Shown in pieces: positions 21,613 to 32,065 of a stretch of DNA of 64,000 nucleotides. The stretch comes from an uncultured Chthonomonadaceae bacterium. Its GTDB lineage: Bacteria > Armatimonadota > Chthonomonadetes > Chthonomonadales > Chthonomonadaceae. The stretch lies in contig CAWIEK010000012.1 in NCBI GenBank assembly GCA_963835065.1, forward strand, positions 25,761 to 89,760. The letters run 5' to 3'. A program made the position numbers and the translations under genes. Under the pieces are notes generated by a model. The model saw only the letters and a list, made by a program, of their open reading frames with translations. It was not told where the DNA came from and ran no database searches. Position 1 is the stretch's first letter, and the number at the start of each line of letters is the position of its first letter.

Positions 21613-23313
21613 CTACCTTCGGGAGAAACGAGGCGCGGTTTCCGCGCTCCCAATGTCTACGTAACGGCGGGCGGGTTGATTTGTCGGCGTGTTTTCCTGA
21701 TTTCGGGAGTGTTCGGTATCGGGCCTGTCGCGTTCCCGGTCCGTCGCTTCGCTTCGCGCTTCGGGGTGGCGTATCAGGCGCACTTTGGTAATGCGGCGTC
21801 CGTCCGTCGCTTCGACAACAAATTCGATGTTTTGCCAGAACGCGCGTTCGCCCTGAGTCGCCGCGTGACCGAGCAGGCCGAACACGAAGCCGCCAATCGT
21901 GTCCGCGTCCTCTTCCGGCATTTCCAGCCCCATGCGCTCGTTGACATCGCCCAAACTCATTTTGCCGTCCAGAATGGTAGTCGTGCTGTCCAACACCTGA
22001 ACCTGCGGCTCCTCCTGATCGTACTCGTCCTGAATGTCGCCGACGATCTCTTCCAGCACATCCTCAATCGTGACCAACCCCGACGTGACGCCGTACTCGT
22101 CGCGCACGATGGCAAGCGGCTGCTTGCTGCGCTTGAACTCGGCCAATAATGCGTTCACCTTTTTGGTTTCGGGAATGAAATACGGGGCGCGCATCACGTC
22201 CTGAATGGGAACCGTATCACGGGAAACGTTGCCGGGCAATTGCAGCAGGTCTTTGGCATGGATCACGCCCACGATGTTATCTAAATCGCCTTCATAAATG
22301 GGAATACGCGAGTGTCCTGATTGCGCGACAAGGCGTATCAGGTCGGGCATTTCACCTGCGGCGTCGAACGTGGTCAGGTCAATACGTGGCGTCATGATTT
22401 TGCGGGCAACGGTGTCGCCAAAGTCCAAAATGCCTGAAATCATGTCTTTTTCCGCGTTGTCCACGACGCCCTGCTCCACGCCCTGCTCTACCAGAATTTC
22501 CAATTCTTCCTTGTTGACGGCGGCAATCGTGAAACTGGCTGTGCCGCCAAATGGCCGCACGACGAGATTGGAAAGTATCGTCAGGATGGTGACAAAGGGT
22601 GTCAGAACCGCCTGCAGCCAGCGAATGGGACGGGCAACCACGAGGGCAAACGGTTCGGGGTTGCGCACAACCACGCTTTTCGGAGCCACTTCGCCGATCA
22701 CGAGCGCGAGTACGGCAACAGGAAGCGTTACCAAAACAAGCGCAATGGAATGGGAGCGCGCGGCGATAAAGCCCGTCGCGTGAAGCGTGAGCCACTGGGC
22801 AAGCGGGCCGACGGCGGTTGTCGCGGCAAGCGCGGAAGACAGCGTGGCGATGAACGTAATGCCCGTCTGAATGGTTGCCATCAGGCGCGTGGGATGCGCC
22901 AGCAGGGTTTCTATCAAGACGGCGCTGCGGTTGCCTTCTTCGGCCAGTTGCCGGACGCGCGTCCGGCGCACGGTAATCAACGAATACTCGGCGATAGAGA
23001 AAAAGGCGTTGATGCAGATCAGCACAAAAGCAATGACAAGTTTGAGCGGCTCAAATGTCTGCGGCTCGTAACTGCGGTACGAGGGGGCAGTGGGAGCCAG
23101 GTTTGCGACGATTTCCGCGTGTGTCGCCGTATTGGCGCTGTCCTGCGCCCACAGAAGGCTGCCCGCGCCCAGGAGCAGCGCGATCACCAGCATCCGGGCA
23201 AGGCCGCGCGCAATCCGGCCCTTTATTAAGTTTTCAGGGGAAGCAGGGGAAGATACCGGCATGACCGGCGGGATGGTTTGTTTTCGATTTCGTTTACGAC
23301 TATGAGGTTCCAA
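21613..23313 (-). CDS. Hemolysin family / CNNM-CBS-CorC transporter
   Basis: NAFFSIAEYSL, IGEVAPKS, IMTPRID, SGHSRIPIY, DEYGVTSGLVTIEDVLEEIVGDIQDEYD. Confidence 0.92.
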   Translation of the reverse strand: MEPHSRKRNRKQTIPPVMPVSSPASPENLIKGRIARGLARMLVIALLLGAGSLLWAQDSANTATHAEIVANLAPTAPSYRSYEPQTFEPLKLVIAFVLICINAFFSIAEYSLITVRRTRVRQLAEEGNRSAVLIETLLAHPTRLMATIQTGITFIATLSSALAATTAVGPLAQWLTLHATGFIAARSHSIALVLVTLPVAVLALVIGEVAPKSVVVRNPEPFALVVARPIRWLQAVLTPFVTILTILSNLVVRPFGGTASFTIAAVNKEELEILVEQGVEQGVVDNAEKDMISGILDFGDTVARKIMTPRIDLTTFDAAGEMPDLIRLVAQSGHSRIPIYEGDLDNIVGVIHAKDLLQLPGNVSRDTVPIQDVMRAPYFIPETKKVNALLAEFKRSKQPLAIVRDEYGVTSGLVTIEDVLEEIVGDIQDEYDQEEPQVQVLDSTTTILDGKMSLGDVNERMGLEMPEEDADTIGGFVFGLLGHAATQGERAFWQNIEFVVEATDGRRITKVRLIRHPEARSEATDRERDRPDTEHSRNQENTPTNQPARRYVDIGSAETAPRFSRR

Positions 23314-24172
23314 GAAATGTAACTCCCCCGACGCGCCGCGGGCTGCTGCTGTTTACGGTCGGGTGCGGCGACAAACGCGCTTGTAACGGCGCTGCCGAAG
23401 ACATCGTAACCGATTTGGTGGCCTGTGTATGGAAAAACGCGCCCATGCGCTGACGCACGAACGGCATCATCCGAAACACCATGGCCGTAAGCAGAATAGC
23501 GAGTACCGCTCCCAAAATGACTTCCCGCAGGGAGTGGATGTTCGCTTCAACCCGGCTTTGCGCGACGAGTATTGCCAGCAAAATCGCCAGAAAGCCGATT
23601 GCTGTGTTGCGCACCGAGAAAAAAATGGTCATTGCCAGCAGAAACCCGATGGCGCTGTGACCGCTGATGATGCCCCCCCGCCAGGGAGAGCCGGTATTGC
23701 TGATCAGCTTGGAGATAATCACCACAAGCGTCAGCAGGACAATTCCGAGTACCACCACGCCCGCAATGTTAGGCGTGGTGGTCGGGTCGGTAATCTGTTG
23801 TTGAATGTCGGTCAGATTTTTCTGGCCGAAAAAGATCAGGACGCCGGCGATGATGGCATTGGCGGCTGCCAGCAGCACCGCGCCCGCCGCCACATCCTTC
23901 GCCAGTTTCGCCGCGGGGTTGTAGTTCTCCGTAATCATGTCTACGACGGCTTCGATGGCCGTGTTGAACATTTCCGCCACAATCACAAGCGTAATCGCAA
24001 AGACAAGCACCAGCATATCGCGGTTGTCCAACTTCAGCATCAGTCCCGCCAGCAGCACCGCGACCAGCGTAAAAAAATGGTAGCGCATGTGGAGTTGGGT
24101 GCGAAAGCAGTGCAGCACTCCCTCCTGCGCATATTTGAATCCCGACAGCGCATGTTTGCGTGGTTGTCGCAC
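23300..24172 (-). CDS. dgkA: Diacylglycerol/undecaprenol kinase fused to a PAP2-like domain
   Basis: EMFNTAIEAVVD, AKLAKDVAAGAV; C-terminal ISGHSA...SRVEANIHSLREV; GTG start after GAAGGAG. Confidence 0.88.
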   Translation of the reverse strand: MRQPRKHALSGFKYAQEGVLHCFRTQLHMRYHFFTLVAVLLAGLMLKLDNRDMLVLVFAITLVIVAEMFNTAIEAVVDMITENYNPAAKLAKDVAAGAVLLAAANAIIAGVLIFFGQKNLTDIQQQITDPTTTPNIAGVVVLGIVLLTLVVIISKLISNTGSPWRGGIISGHSAIGFLLAMTIFFSVRNTAIGFLAILLAILVAQSRVEANIHSLREVILGAVLAILLTAMVFRMMPFVRQRMGAFFHTQATKSVTMSSAAPLQARLSPHPTVNSSSPRRVGGVTFLGTS

Positions 24173-24202
24173 GAAATCTCCTTCAAATGGAGCAGCCAAT
24201 AT

Positions 24203-24428
24203 CTACTCTCTTGACCCGTTCATGAACGCCCAAAATGTCACATACTCATCGTTGATAAGCTGCGTCATGCGGATTGGAAATTCGCCGAGCCGGTACGCCG
24301 CGTCATGTTCCACGTTGGAACGGAGGGCGCGGGTCACTTCCGCTTCTTCCGCCGAGGTCATAGTCTCGTCGTCAGGGTCGAAATCATCCGGTTCCAGCAC
24401 CCATGCTGACATATCCAAGTTACTCATA
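24203..24428 (-). CDS. Small acidic hypothetical protein
   Basis: ORF tightly packed between ybeY and dgkA on the same strand. Confidence 0.55.
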
Positions 24429-24434
24429 AGCCTA

Positions 24435-24893
24435 TCACCCACTCACCAACGCTACGCCCAAAACTTCTCGTTCTTTGGTTCGCATCTGTTCGGCTCCGGC
24501 TTCGGTTTCGTCTTCGTAGCCCAGCAGGTGCAGGACGCCGTGAACCGCGAGTAACGCCAGTTCCGTTTCCAGCGCGACGTGGTGCGTTTGCGCCTGCCGA
24601 ACGGCGGTGTCTACGGAAATCACGACATCACCAAGCATTACGGACATTCCCGGCACGACGGGAGGAACGGGCGCGTCCGGCGTTTGTTCCGTCAGGGCGA
24701 AGGAAAGCACGTCGGTTGGCTTGTCCATGCCCCGATATTTGCGGTTCATGGCGTGGACTTCGGCGTCATCCGTGAGCAGAACGCTTACCTCCGCGCGGGC
24801 GCGGCCTTCCATTTGCAGCAGGCGGCGCACCGCCTGGCGCAACGGGGTTGTCTTGACCGGGCGCTCCTGATTGTTCTGTAAAGTGACGGGCAT
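24435..24893 (-). CDS. ybeY: rRNA maturation RNase YbeY
   Basis: NRKYRGMDKPTDVLSF, LGDVVIS, HGVLHLLGY. Confidence 0.95.
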   Translation of the reverse strand: MPVTLQNNQERPVKTTPLRQAVRRLLQMEGRARAEVSVLLTDDAEVHAMNRKYRGMDKPTDVLSFALTEQTPDAPVPPVVPGMSVMLGDVVISVDTAVRQAQTHHVALETELALLAVHGVLHLLGYEDETEAGAEQMRTKEREVLGVALVSG

Positions 24894-27570
24894 AAGCGGT
24901 TTCCACATCCGCGCCATTTTGAGGGGCGAATCCCGGCGCGTTCCCCGGCTCCTCCCCCGTATGTAAATCATTGACGGACACGGGTGGCAGCAGGGTTCCC
25001 GCGCTGTTGAAAGAACTGTCGAACGCGCCCTCAAAGGCTTTGTCGAAGGATGTGGCGGGAAACGAAGCGCTCACATCGTTGACGGCAAAGATTGTGCCGG
25101 ATGACAGGGCGGACAGGGGCGTAAGAACTGTTTCCACACTCCCGGAAACGGGCGTATCGCGTTCCTCTTCCCTGTTGAAATCACTGCCTTCGCGCGCTTC
25201 CATGCCCCGCGTTGCCGTACCGGGTTGGTAAACGTTGGCGTCAATAACGGCGCTATCCATAACATTGCTGTTAATAAGAGCGCCATCCATGCGGGGCGCG
25301 TCACTGCGAACGGCGGCTTGCGCTTGATTCAGCGGCATGTTGAGCGCGGGGGCTTCGGGGCGCAGGTCGGCGCGTACCACTTCCATCGGCTGGCCGCTGG
25401 CCGTGCGCGGCGGCTCGCGGGGATAATCAATGCGCCCGTGCATCATGGCCTGCAGGACATGCAAAAACGCATCGGAAATGGCTTTCACATCGCGGAAGGT
25501 GAGCGGGCTTTCATTCAATTGCCCGTCCTCGATTTTGCCCCGCACGATGCTGGAAATCAGGGCTTCCAATTTCTCCTGATTGGGCTTGTCAATGCAGCGC
25601 GCGGCCGCTTCCACCGAGTCGGCAAGCATGACAATAGCGGCTTCGCGGGTTTGAGGCTTGGGGCCGGGATAGCGGAAGCGCTCTTCCATACCGGGGGGAG
25701 GGCTGCTGCTGTCGCTGCCGTTGTCGGCAAGCGCCTGGCGGTAGAAGAAGTTAATTAGTGTCGTGCCGTGATGCTGGGCAACAATGTCGCGTATTTCGGC
25801 AGGCAGGCGGTGCTGTTTCGCCATCGTCACGCCGTCGCGGACATGGGCGGTTATAATCAGGGCGGAAAGCGAGGGCGACAGGCGGCAATGCACATTATCA
25901 GCGCGCTGGTTTTCAATGAAGAAGTCGGGGCGGTTCATTTTGCCGATGTCGTGGTAATAACCTCCCACGCGGCACAGCAGGGCGTCGGCATGAATGGCCT
26001 GCGCGCCCGCTTCGGCCAGCGTTCCCACCATCATGCTGTGGGCATACGTTCCGGGCGCGACAGCGCATAATTGCTGCAGCAGGGGGCGGTCAAAAGCGGA
26101 CAATTCCAGCAGCGCGGTATGGGTCAAAATCCCAAACGGCTTTTCCAGCGCAAGGACGCCGAACCAGAACAGGAAGGTGGCGAACGGAGCCACGCCCGTC
26201 GCCCACGCCGAACCCGTCAGCAGTTCGCTGAAACGGTCATTAAACAGCAGGCCGAGCAGCCACACCAGCCCGACATTGCTCAGGGCAAGGGCTGCCGTTG
26301 TCGTCAGCAGGTTGGTTTTGCGCCGGTCATGCGATACGCTGGCAATGCCGACAAGCCCGGAAAGCAGGGTCATCACGCTGAACCGTATCTCGTGGTTCAT
26401 AATCATGCCCGACTGAATCGCAAGCAGGGCGACGATCAGCATGGCAAGGTGCATGTCGAGCAGGACACTGACCAACATGCCCGCTGCGGTCACACTCATC
26501 ATGCCCAAATAGCCCAACTGCCAGCCGGAAAATTGCAGGCCGAGCAGCGCGGCTCCCACTTTCAGGCCGACAACGCTCAAAAGGACAATCACGGCCAATA
26601 ACGCCAATCGGCGCGTGTCCTGATACAGTTTGGGCAGGACGCGGGAAATGTAGAACGCGACCACAAGCACCATACAGGCGGCAAGAATACAAATGGCAAC
26701 GCCCGTCGTAAGTTCCTGGCGCGGATCGAGCAGGCCGAGCGCGGTCAGTTTGTCAAGCGTGTCCTGCCGCGCGATTTCACCCGGCGCAATGATCTTGTCG
26801 CCGGGAAACAAGCGGCCATACGCGGGCGGCACATTACGAACGGCGGCCTGCATCGCCTGCTGCGTCCGGGCGCGATTGTACAGGCGGTTGGGGCGCAGGG
26901 CTTGCCCGGCAATGGCATACACAAGGTCGGCGTCGCCGACAATGGGCAAGGCTTCCTGCGCGCGCCGCCGGAGCGCCTGCTGTACCTGCCGCAGATCATC
27001 GGACTGGTCGCGGATTTCCCGATCCATGCCCTCATCCACAAGGCGCAGGGTGGTGTCGCGCAGGCGCTGAAAAACGGTGGGCGTGACGGTCAGCAGGCGG
27101 CGGAGCGTGTTGCGCGACAATCCACTGCCGGATTGCAGCGACTGGATGGCTTTGTCCAGATTGGCGGTTTTGAGCAGGGCGCGGGTAGTGAAGGCGCGGC
27201 GTTCCATGTCAACGCGGTCGAACAGTTCGTCTACGGTGCGGCGCGCGTCTACCGCCGCGTGTTCATCCGTGTCGTAAACGGGGCGCGTGGCCTGCCCGGC
27301 GATCTTCTGGAGCGTGGAGGTTTTTTCCGAGTCAAGATAAATCACGCTGCGCGGGGAGCGCACTTCGCGCGTACTGGTCTCGCCGAGTCGCAGCGGAACG
27401 CGATCCTGACGCAGATGTACAGACATCATCAGGGACAGGGCGGCAATGGTGAGCAGCATCAAGCCGGCTTTGGCTTTATTGAAAGCCGGGCGAGCCGCCA
27501 TCATGCGCTTCTGCCATGCGGCCAGTCGCCGCAGCCATTTATGTTGTAACGGCAAATTTGGAGGGTTCAT
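24766..27570 (-). CDS. 7TM-HD family phosphohydrolase (PgpH/YqfF-like, probable c-di-AMP phosphodiesterase)
   Basis: Extracellular domain, multiple TMs, APGTYAHS, YYHDIGK, QHHGT, RYPGPKPQTREAAIVMLADSVEAA; lies upstream of ybeY. Confidence 0.92.
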   Translation of the reverse strand: MNPPNLPLQHKWLRRLAAWQKRMMAARPAFNKAKAGLMLLTIAALSLMMSVHLRQDRVPLRLGETSTREVRSPRSVIYLDSEKTSTLQKIAGQATRPVYDTDEHAAVDARRTVDELFDRVDMERRAFTTRALLKTANLDKAIQSLQSGSGLSRNTLRRLLTVTPTVFQRLRDTTLRLVDEGMDREIRDQSDDLRQVQQALRRRAQEALPIVGDADLVYAIAGQALRPNRLYNRARTQQAMQAAVRNVPPAYGRLFPGDKIIAPGEIARQDTLDKLTALGLLDPRQELTTGVAICILAACMVLVVAFYISRVLPKLYQDTRRLALLAVIVLLSVVGLKVGAALLGLQFSGWQLGYLGMMSVTAAGMLVSVLLDMHLAMLIVALLAIQSGMIMNHEIRFSVMTLLSGLVGIASVSHDRRKTNLLTTTAALALSNVGLVWLLGLLFNDRFSELLTGSAWATGVAPFATFLFWFGVLALEKPFGILTHTALLELSAFDRPLLQQLCAVAPGTYAHSMMVGTLAEAGAQAIHADALLCRVGGYYHDIGKMNRPDFFIENQRADNVHCRLSPSLSALIITAHVRDGVTMAKQHRLPAEIRDIVAQHHGTTLINFFYRQALADNGSDSSSPPPGMEERFRYPGPKPQTREAAIVMLADSVEAAARCIDKPNQEKLEALISSIVRGKIEDGQLNESPLTFRDVKAISDAFLHVLQAMMHGRIDYPREPPRTASGQPMEVVRADLRPEAPALNMPLNQAQAAVRSDAPRMDGALINSNVMDSAVIDANVYQPGTATRGMEAREGSDFNREEERDTPVSGSVETVLTPLSALSSGTIFAVNDVSASFPATSFDKAFEGAFDSSFNSAGTLLPPVSVNDLHTGEEPGNAPGFAPQNGADVETAYARHFTEQSGAPGQDNPVAPGGAPPAANGRPRPRGGKRSAHG

Positions 27571-27707
27571 CGTTGTCGTCGTGCCCGAAGGCCGACTGAA
27601 CACGGCATTGTGACGCAGGCGGCAAAAAGAAAACAGCAACTCCGCGCTGCGCGGATGTCAGCAATCCACTACATTATATCTGCTGTATACCCGCCTGTCA
27701 AGTGAAA

Positions 27708-27813
27708 GGCAGGCAGCAGGCAGTAGGCAATAGGTAATAGGCAGTAGATACAAGATAAAAGGCACAAATGAGCAAGGCATCAACTTATATCTTTTGCCTT
27801 ATGCCTTGTGCCT
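27708..27813. repeat. Heptamer tandem repeats (AGGCAGT/AGGCAAT family and complementary TGCCTT units)
   Basis: aggcagcaggcagtaggcaataggtaataggcagtag ... ttgccttatgccttgtgcctt. Confidence 0.75.
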
Positions 27814-27869
27814 TCCTAAAAAATAGACGTGGAGGGGCGTTATTTGTTTTGCCATTTTTGGTTTTCGCG

Positions 27870-28421
27870 TTAAGAAATGGGCGGCATAATGGATTGCGCG
27901 AGGGCGGCTTCGAGGGCGGCGGTCAGGGCGGACGTGGTTGGCTGGCCCTCGTAACGGACGTTGTTCAGGAAAAAAGTGGGCGTGGTATGCAGGCCGGTTG
28001 TACGGATGCCGTCCACATCGGCGCGAACGGCGTTGTAGGTGGCTTCGTCCTCCAATCTGGCGGCAAAATCGTCTGCGTCCAGCCCGATTTGAACGGCAAG
28101 GCGCTGAAGTTCTTTCGCTGTGAGGGAGTACGGATTTTCCAAAAGCGCGTCGTGCATAGGCCAAAATTTGCCTGCCATTCCCGCCGCTTCTGAGGCGCGG
28201 GCAGCGGGAAGCGCCTGCGGGTGTATGTCCGTGAGCGGCAGATGCCGATACACGAAGCGCAGCCGGTCAGCAAACTGCGCCCGCAACGGTTTCAGAACGT
28301 GATGGGCTTCGCGGCAGTCGCCGCACTGAAAATCGCCGTATTCCACAAGGGTCACGCGCGCATCGGCAGGGCCTTCCTGCCAATCCTGCGCGTTTACCGC
28401 TGTAGGTAAAGTGAGAGCCAT
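27870..28421 (-). CDS. DsbA/thioredoxin-fold oxidoreductase
   Basis: TLVEYGDFQCGDC (CxxC), RHLPL...HPQA, GKFW.MHD, TPTFFLN. Confidence 0.9.
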   Translation of the reverse strand: MALTLPTAVNAQDWQEGPADARVTLVEYGDFQCGDCREAHHVLKPLRAQFADRLRFVYRHLPLTDIHPQALPAARASEAAGMAGKFWPMHDALLENPYSLTAKELQRLAVQIGLDADDFAARLEDEATYNAVRADVDGIRTTGLHTTPTFFLNNVRYEGQPTTSALTAALEAALAQSIMPPIS

Positions 28422-28437
28422 AATTTTATCCTTAATG

Positions 28438-28517
28438 AGGGTTGAGCGTTGAGCAGTGAGGCGAACGGCTCAACGCTCTGTACGGAACGCTCAACCCTCA
28501 ACTCTCAACCCTCAACC
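28438..28517. repeat. Inverted pair of heptamer arrays (TTGAGCG / CTCAAC(G/C/T))
   Basis: gggttgagcgttgagc ... ctcaacgctc ... gctcaaccctcaactctcaaccctcaacc, overlapping the MFS stop codon. Confidence 0.75.
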
Positions 28518-29860
28518 GCATGAGGTACGCTGCCGCCACGCGGGACGCGGCGGTCAACATCGGACGGTTCGGGAATGAAGAACGTGATGAGCAGGGCGGG
28601 AATGTATAACATGCCGACCCAAACCAGGGCTGCATTAAAATCCGCAACGGTTTTCAATTGGACGCTCAGGCCGAAAATGATCGTGCCGGCGGCGGCAACG
28701 AGACGCCCCACATTGTAGCAGAAACCGGCTCCCGTCGTGCGCAGGAGCGTGGGAAAGAGGGGCGGGATATACAGCGGGAACAAGCCGAAAACGCCCTGCA
28801 CGAAGAAATGCGCCAGGGAGGCGTAAAACACGATTTGAATGTGGTCGTGTGGAAAGCCATACGCGAAATACATGGTAGTGGCTCCGCCCAGGAACATAAC
28901 CAGCGTGGCTTTGCGATACCCGAAATAGCGGGCAATCGCAGCCGCGAAGAAGTTGCCGCCAATGGCGACGATGAAGCAGACGCATTGCGCTTTCGACAGG
29001 TAGATTTCCCGGTCGGGCGCGGCCATGCTGACAACATCCGGCAGATGGCGCAATTGCTGCGTGTACCAGAAAATCAGCGCCCAAACGGTCGTCAGGGCGG
29101 CGGAGCAGAGCAGAATCGTCAGAATGGTGGTGCGGCGCACTTCGCCCATAAATAAATCTGAAATGGCGGGTGGGTTGTGCTTGGCTTCTTTTTGCGCTTC
29201 ATGCCATTCCGTCGATTCGGGAATGTTGCGGCGTATCCAGAAAATAATCAGGGCGGGAATCACCCCGATGGCGAATACCCAGCGCGGGTTCGATTTTGCC
29301 AGCACAATGCCCACGAGGGCCGCGAGGATAAAGCCACTCTGGTACGCGGATTGCAGCACGGCGCTGACCCAGGGCCGCCACTTGCGCGGCCAGGTTTCCG
29401 ACACGAGAGACGAACCCGCCGCCCACTCCCCGCCGATGCCCAACGCCGACAGAAACCGAAACATCAGCAGCGCCGTCCACGACCACGCCAGCCCTTGAAA
29501 GCCGGTAAAGATAGCATACGTGAGAATCGTCAGGCTGATGGTGCGGCTGCGTCCATACCGGTCGCCAATGCGCCCGAAAATCGCGCCGCCAAGCGCCCAC
29601 CCGATGAGAAACGCCGCCTGAATATAAGACGCGGTACGGCTGACGGCAGGGTTTTTTACGGTGCTGTTGAGCAGGGACGCGACGAACGGCAGGGCGACCA
29701 TGATGTACAGCGAACTGTCCAGGCCGTCGAACAGCCAGCCGAGCCAGGCGGCGATACCGCATTTCCATTGCTGCGGCGAAAGGTCGCGCAGGCGCGTCAC
29801 ATCCTGCCCGGAGGGAATACCGGAAGGAACGGGCAAAGCGACAGAAGAATCGGAAGTCAT
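28505..29860 (-). CDS. MFS transporter
   Basis: GWLFDGLD, GRIGDRYGR, GIGGEWAAG, PTLLRTTG; about 12 TMs. Confidence 0.92.
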   Translation of the reverse strand: MTSDSSVALPVPSGIPSGQDVTRLRDLSPQQWKCGIAAWLGWLFDGLDSSLYIMVALPFVASLLNSTVKNPAVSRTASYIQAAFLIGWALGGAIFGRIGDRYGRSRTISLTILTYAIFTGFQGLAWSWTALLMFRFLSALGIGGEWAAGSSLVSETWPRKWRPWVSAVLQSAYQSGFILAALVGIVLAKSNPRWVFAIGVIPALIIFWIRRNIPESTEWHEAQKEAKHNPPAISDLFMGEVRRTTILTILLCSAALTTVWALIFWYTQQLRHLPDVVSMAAPDREIYLSKAQCVCFIVAIGGNFFAAAIARYFGYRKATLVMFLGGATTMYFAYGFPHDHIQIVFYASLAHFFVQGVFGLFPLYIPPLFPTLLRTTGAGFCYNVGRLVAAAGTIIFGLSVQLKTVADFNAALVWVGMLYIPALLITFFIPEPSDVDRRVPRGGSVPHAVEG

Positions 29861-30145
29861 GGAAATTACCTTTTCCTACGAAAAAGTGTCACAAATTCTG
29901 GTAAAATAACGTTTAACTAAGCGTGAGGGACACTGAAAGTTTACAGTTCCTGCATCTCTATCAACTACGAACTATCAACTATCAACTGCTTGGAGCAGGG
30001 CGGCGCATGGTGAAGCCGGGTACTCGCGCAGGTACTTCCGGCAGGATATTCGCCATCGCGTCGTGAATCCCCTTGTATCCGACTGATATTTTTGCTACGC
30101 TGCCCCGCCCCGCCCGCGGCACTTCATTTTCCAGGAGTTTATGCT

Positions 30146-31084
30146 ATGCGCCGGATTCTGACTCTCGCCTTCTGCCTCTTTGTCGCCTTCGCCAGTCTGT
30201 CCGCTCACGCGGCGGGGGAAATCGCCGCCGAACCGTCCGCCATTGCGCCCGGACAATCTTCCACGCTCAAATGGTACTTCAATGGAGCCAAAATCACGGT
30301 GTCGGGCGGGACGCTCACGCCGGGAACGCTTGTCACCGGCAAGCAAACGCTGACCGTGAAGCCTAAAAAAACCACCAAGTACCTGTTCGACGTGTATTAC
30401 CATCCCGAACTGTCCGCCGACAAGCAGGCGACGGGAACGGGCAAACTGACGCATGTGCAGTATACCGTGACGGTGGAAGTGCTGACAGCCATGCCGGGCC
30501 TGCTGTCTTATAAAGGAACGCACAACTGGCGCGTCAACTACCAGACCGGCTGGAAACCGATGACAAATGAGGGCGCGAGTGACGACCTGGTGTGGTTTCA
30601 GGCCGAAGAAGACGCGGTGGAGCGGCTGTCCGTCGCCATTGTGCCGCTCAAGGACAAAACAGCGGCGCAGTTGATGGATGAAATACGCGCCGACATTCCT
30701 TCCCACTATACCCACTACGAAGTCGTTTCTCAGGCCGAGTGTACGCAGCAGGGCTTGCCCGCGCTGACGGCGACGTTTACCGGCAACGACCAGGCGCATC
30801 CCGGCACGCGAACGCAATCCATCCTGAAAGTGTTCGTAAACGGGGAGCGCGGCTACGTGGTCAGCGCGCGAACAGCGGCTTCGCGGTTCAGCCTGCGCCG
30901 CCCGCTATTGGAAAACATGGTGAACAGTTTCGCCCTTACGGGCAAAATCATTCCCGCAGCGGCAAAATCCAATTCGGATACCTCCAGCGTGGAAGGCGCG
31001 CAAACCGGCACTAAATCAACGCTGCCAGCCAACAAAACAACGCTGTCAACGTCCGTAAAGGAAAGCAGCACGAGCAAGCCGTAA
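30146..31084 (+). CDS. Secreted protein with C-terminal PsbP/DcrB-like domain
   Basis: Signal peptide; Ig-like N-terminus; C-terminal pattern W...GW...RGYVVS...ENMVNSF. Confidence 0.6.
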   Translation: MRRILTLAFCLFVAFASLSAHAAGEIAAEPSAIAPGQSSTLKWYFNGAKITVSGGTLTPGTLVTGKQTLTVKPKKTTKYLFDVYYHPELSADKQATGTGKLTHVQYTVTVEVLTAMPGLLSYKGTHNWRVNYQTGWKPMTNEGASDDLVWFQAEEDAVERLSVAIVPLKDKTAAQLMDEIRADIPSHYTHYEVVSQAECTQQGLPALTATFTGNDQAHPGTRTQSILKVFVNGERGYVVSARTAASRFSLRRPLLENMVNSFALTGKIIPAAAKSNSDTSSVEGAQTGTKSTLPANKTTLSTSVKESSTSKP

Positions 31085-31119
31085 GCGTTTCCGCCCGCGA
31101 AGGCTATACACATGAAATA

Positions 31120-31152
31120 AGCCGCCTGTCTTCCAGAGAAGAACAGGCGGCT
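31120..31152. terminator. Hairpin terminator between convergent genes
   Basis: agccgcctgt...acaggcggct stem. Confidence 0.65.
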
Positions 31153-31249
31153 AATCCTATTAAATGTATTTCTGCGTGTTGTTGGCGTTTAACTTACTCA
31201 CAAACCTCTAAGGTCAGAGTAAACCAGCCACCAACCACCAACCACCAAC

Positions 31250-31684
31250 CTAAATGCCGAAGCGTCCGCCGAAGGGCTGCACATCCGGCAGGTGTTTCCG
31301 GGTTGTATCCGCCCATTTCGCCGCAAGCGCGTTCGTAGACATGCCCTCGGCTTTGGCATCCGCAGGCGTTACTTCCAGCAACAGATAGCGGCGCACGACG
31401 ATTTTATTGCCTACTACCTTGATGTCAGACCGACGCAGGGCGGGAGCGGTGGCGCGGGAAAAAATTTCGGTCGCCCGCGCGTCGCACTTTTCGGTGCGCA
31501 TAATGGGCGTGTCTTTTCCGGCACTTTGGCTGAGCCGGAACATTTCGTAGCCTGAAATCGCCCACGTGGAAGCGGCCTTATCTGCTACGGCAGCAACCTC
31601 TCCGATGGGCAAAACTTCCTGCGCGGCGGCAGGGCGCGCAAGGGCGCAAACACCGATAAGGACGGCGGCGGAAATCCACTTCAT
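31250..31684 (-). CDS. Secreted hypothetical protein
   Basis: AGGAG RBS, signal peptide, LLEVTPADAKA motif. Confidence 0.75.
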   Translation of the reverse strand: MKWISAAVLIGVCALARPAAAQEVLPIGEVAAVADKAASTWAISGYEMFRLSQSAGKDTPIMRTEKCDARATEIFSRATAPALRRSDIKVVGNKIVVRRYLLLEVTPADAKAEGMSTNALAAKWADTTRKHLPDVQPFGGRFGI

Positions 31685-32065
31685 AAGAGACTCCTTTCAA
31701 ACACAAGGCGCGAAATGGCAAAACAAGCAAACAAAATGGTTGTTACGGACTCACTGACGGCCTAGTATTCCTCCTTGTTCCCTCAAAATGCGGGGGCCGC
31801 GCCAAATTACCCACTTCGATATAGCAGGGATTGTCATTGACAAAAAGGTGGCAAATATCAATCTTTAGCGGGGTTCCAAAAAGATTGAACCTTTGTTGAA
31901 CAGCGTCGTAAAAGGAATTGAAACGACATCGAAAGGCAGTTCTGCCTTTCCTGCTACAGCTCGACGATGATGCTGGCAGCGCATCCACTCCCACTTCATT
32001 GCTTATTTCTGCTGTCACTGTCAGAGCCAAACTCTCGCGGGGTATTGCGAAAGGACTGGTACGTT

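Noticed and set aside
31860..31960. CRISPR array or riboswitch upstream of the beta-propeller gene
   Set aside because: Only one repeat-like unit and no spacers; the hairpins do not match a riboswitch consensus I recognise.
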